A program made the position numbers and the translations under genes. Below are positions 61,631 through 64,000 of a DNA stretch of 64,000 bases, piece by piece. The notes beneath the pieces were generated by a model that was given only the letters and a program-made list of their open reading frames with translations, did not search any database and had not been told where the DNA came from. The first letter of the stretch is position 1. Each line of letters starts with the position of its first letter. The stretch is taken from contig OY970209.1 in assembly GCA_963713855.1 (NCBI GenBank), forward strand, positions 288,001 through 352,000. The letters are read 5' to 3'. The DNA comes from an uncultured bacterium. GTDB lineage: Bacteria; Babelota; Babeliae; Babelales; Babelaceae.

Positions 61631-62806
61631 CTAGTTAATCTGCGGCTTTTCGCTTAGGTCATGCTTTTTTAAGCATTCCCGTAGATAGAGTTGTGTTTCA
61701 GGAAAACTTGGGTTACGTTCGGTCAGAAACGGTTTTACTTGATAGGTCAATTCATGATGTTCCAGAGTGGAACGTCTTTGTTCGGGATCAAGCTGCGCAT
61801 AAACTAAATCGCTCCGGCCTTGCTTAATCAATTGATCACAAGCAAAAAGATCCGCTTCGCGCTCCCCCAAACGGTAATAGGGGTTTTCCAAAAGAATATC
61901 AATGGCCTTAATTATTATAATGCCAAGTATATAAGCAGCCAATCCAAAAGCTCCTTGAAGATAAAGAAAACCGCCAGCTATATATCCAGGTATTCCAGTC
62001 ATCTGCACCTTAATAGCATGATCATGGTAAAGGTGTCCAATCTCATGATATAATGTAAATGCATCAAAGCTATCGGCGTTAAAAAATAGTGATGACAAAA
62101 CGATGACCCTAAATGGGGGAATTAGCATGGCCACAGCGGCATAAGGCGCATCAACATCAGGATTTTCCAAGACCATCACATCATGAGGATAATCGACTTT
62201 CTTAAGCGCACGCGCAACTCGTCGCCGATTGAGACGCGATGCTTCTTTATAACCCGCTGCTAAAAAAGCTTTCTTTACAAACTCACGCGCTTTATCATAG
62301 CCAACATTCAAAACATAAGGCACGATCGCAAAAATGTTACTTACTTCAATAGTACCAAGCCCCGAAAGTATATACTGTAAATATGACATAGTCTCGGTGC
62401 TCTTTACTGGATCCGCTATATCTTTTGATCTCAAATGTTTGCCGGTTTTACTCTCCCACTCGGTGCTGCGAGCCTTTACAATACCTTCAAATTGCTCTGC
62501 AAGCTCTTTGGCTGGACTTTGTAAGTAAAAGTAGTTTGACAGCTTAAATAAGACTCGATTAGCTTCACGAGCGATGTCCTCGTCATAGTTTGGTTGCTTT
62601 TGATACTCATTGAGCGCACTTTCAAGTTGTTCATGGATCTCATTTGCCCGTGGTTGTCCAACCGTGAAGATAATCTTCTTGGTTTGTGCCACATCAAGGA
62701 AGGTTTGAGCAAACTTGATCAATTGTGTAAGGCGCGATGAGATCGTAAAGTTTTCTTGAGCGCTTAGAAAGGAACAGGCGAATAAAAACAATAAAACATA
62801 TCTCAT
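61631..62806 (-). CDS. M48-like zinc metalloprotease with signal peptide
   Basis: HEIGH (HExxH), two TM segments, then EREAD. Confidence 0.8.
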   Translation of the reverse strand: MRYVLLFLFACSFLSAQENFTISSRLTQLIKFAQTFLDVAQTKKIIFTVGQPRANEIHEQLESALNEYQKQPNYDEDIAREANRVLFKLSNYFYLQSPAKELAEQFEGIVKARSTEWESKTGKHLRSKDIADPVKSTETMSYLQYILSGLGTIEVSNIFAIVPYVLNVGYDKAREFVKKAFLAAGYKEASRLNRRRVARALKKVDYPHDVMVLENPDVDAPYAAVAMLIPPFRVIVLSSLFFNADSFDAFTLYHEIGHLYHDHAIKVQMTGIPGYIAGGFLYLQGAFGLAAYILGIIIIKAIDILLENPYYRLGEREADLFACDQLIKQGRSDLVYAQLDPEQRRSTLEHHELTYQVKPFLTERNPSFPETQLYLRECLKKHDLSEKPQIN

Positions 62807-63083
62807 TGAAATCTCTCTCTAAATTGCAATAATCGATTATAAATGCATCATATCAGATATCAATTTCAAATTTCAATATATTGCGCTTCGATTTGGCTAT
62901 AGGACAAAGTTACAAAGAGCTCCCCCGAGACAAAAAACAACTAAGATGTCCTATGAGTGCTATTTATCATTATGATTTTGTTTCTTGAAATAAGCTTTTG
63001 CGTTGATTTAAGGTGTCTGATATAGGCGTGGTAGTAATTTGGGTTAATTATAAAGTCGGGGCTTTCCCGCGCAAGGGGTGATT

Positions 63084-63878
63084 ATGAAAAAAAGAATTCT
63101 CGTTACTGGTGCCGGATCTGGATTTGGTGAAGGCACTGCTATCGGTCTTGCCAAAAAAGGGCATGACGTTATTGCTGGTGTGCATATATGGCCACAAGCT
63201 ACCAGAATGCGTAACGAGGTAAAATCGCTTGGGCTTCGTAATTTGCGTGTAGAAAAACTTGATATTCTTGATCCTGTAGACGTTGCTAACGCATTACATT
63301 GGGACATTGATATTCTTGTCAACAATGCTGCGATTGGTTATGGTGGCCCTGTTTCGGAAATTCCATTGGAGCTCATTCGCCAAACATTTGAGACAAACCT
63401 TTTTGGTAGTCTCGATCTGGCCCAGAAATTTATACGCAAGTTTGTCGACCAAAAACGCCCGGGCAAAATTGTATTTACAAGCTCAATTGCCGGACTATTG
63501 CCCGCACCTGGCTTTGGCCCCTATGCTGCCTCAAAACATGCCTTAGAGTGCATTGCTGAAAACCTCCAGCACGAATTAAAGCCTTACAATATCCAGGTCC
63601 AAACAATCAACCCGGCTGCGTATCGTACAGGATTTAATGATACTATGTGCGAAACAACATCACACTGGATGGATGACAAAAAGAACTTTCACAAAAAGGC
63701 TGATGTTGAAAAACTTTTAAAGCCAACCTTGGACAATCAGCTTGACCCGAAGGAGATGATTGAGGCAATGATTTCGATCATTCCTGCTGATTCTGGTAAA
63801 TTCCGCAATGTAGTTCCAAAAGCTGCCGAGGATTTTCTTAAAAAGTGGCAAGCAGATGCCTGGAAAAACGAGATCTAA
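63084..63878 (+). CDS. Short-chain dehydrogenase/reductase
   Basis: TGAGSGFG, NNA, YAASK. Confidence 0.93.
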   Translation: MKKRILVTGAGSGFGEGTAIGLAKKGHDVIAGVHIWPQATRMRNEVKSLGLRNLRVEKLDILDPVDVANALHWDIDILVNNAAIGYGGPVSEIPLELIRQTFETNLFGSLDLAQKFIRKFVDQKRPGKIVFTSSIAGLLPAPGFGPYAASKHALECIAENLQHELKPYNIQVQTINPAAYRTGFNDTMCETTSHWMDDKKNFHKKADVEKLLKPTLDNQLDPKEMIEAMISIIPADSGKFRNVVPKAAEDFLKKWQADAWKNEI

Positions 63879-64000
63879 TATTAAGGAAATAATGGCGTCG
63901 AATTATAGACATGTTCAGAAACGGTGAAGTAGATTTTGATTTTACATCGAATGCTATTCAGACTGTTCTTTCAACTCTCCATATCGAATAAATAGAAAAA

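Noticed and set aside
63879..64000. Possible gene start after the SDR gene
   Set aside because: The ATG-initiated frames close within 11-26 codons, so a CDS cannot be supported.

Overview
This is a bacterial chromosomal segment with a moderately AT-rich composition. Its gene content suggests a protist-infecting intracellular bacterium, most likely Ca. Dependentiae/Babeliae (TM6). This is an inference from the many signal-peptide ankyrin and orphan proteins, paired beta-barrel paralogs, type-2 ValRS and detached atpDC. Housekeeping genes (atpD, atpC, lon, tyrS, valS, ybeY, hisS, secA, pgeF, ftsY, prmC, mutL) are interleaved with secreted, effector-like genes. An accessory block runs from about 51.5 kb to the end of the window. 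No rRNA, tRNA, CRISPR array or intact transposase was recognised. The main observations are: (1) two highly structured non-coding elements (31814-32039 and 52371-52650) and a promoter-terminator-bounded sRNA candidate (about 3797-3915); (2) a translationally coupled atpD-short atpC-herA unit with no nurA in the window; (3) a eukaryote-like glycan cluster (TMTC-like, GT14-like, NAGPA-like); (4) a miniaturised pilM/N and pilO/P set split between two loci; (5) two apparently catalytically dead metalloprotease homologs; (6) tandem Cys-rich secreted mini-proteins; (7) a phased four-copy palindromic operator array upstream of an AAA+/DUF4143 ATPase. All family assignments come from motif recognition by eye; no searches were run.
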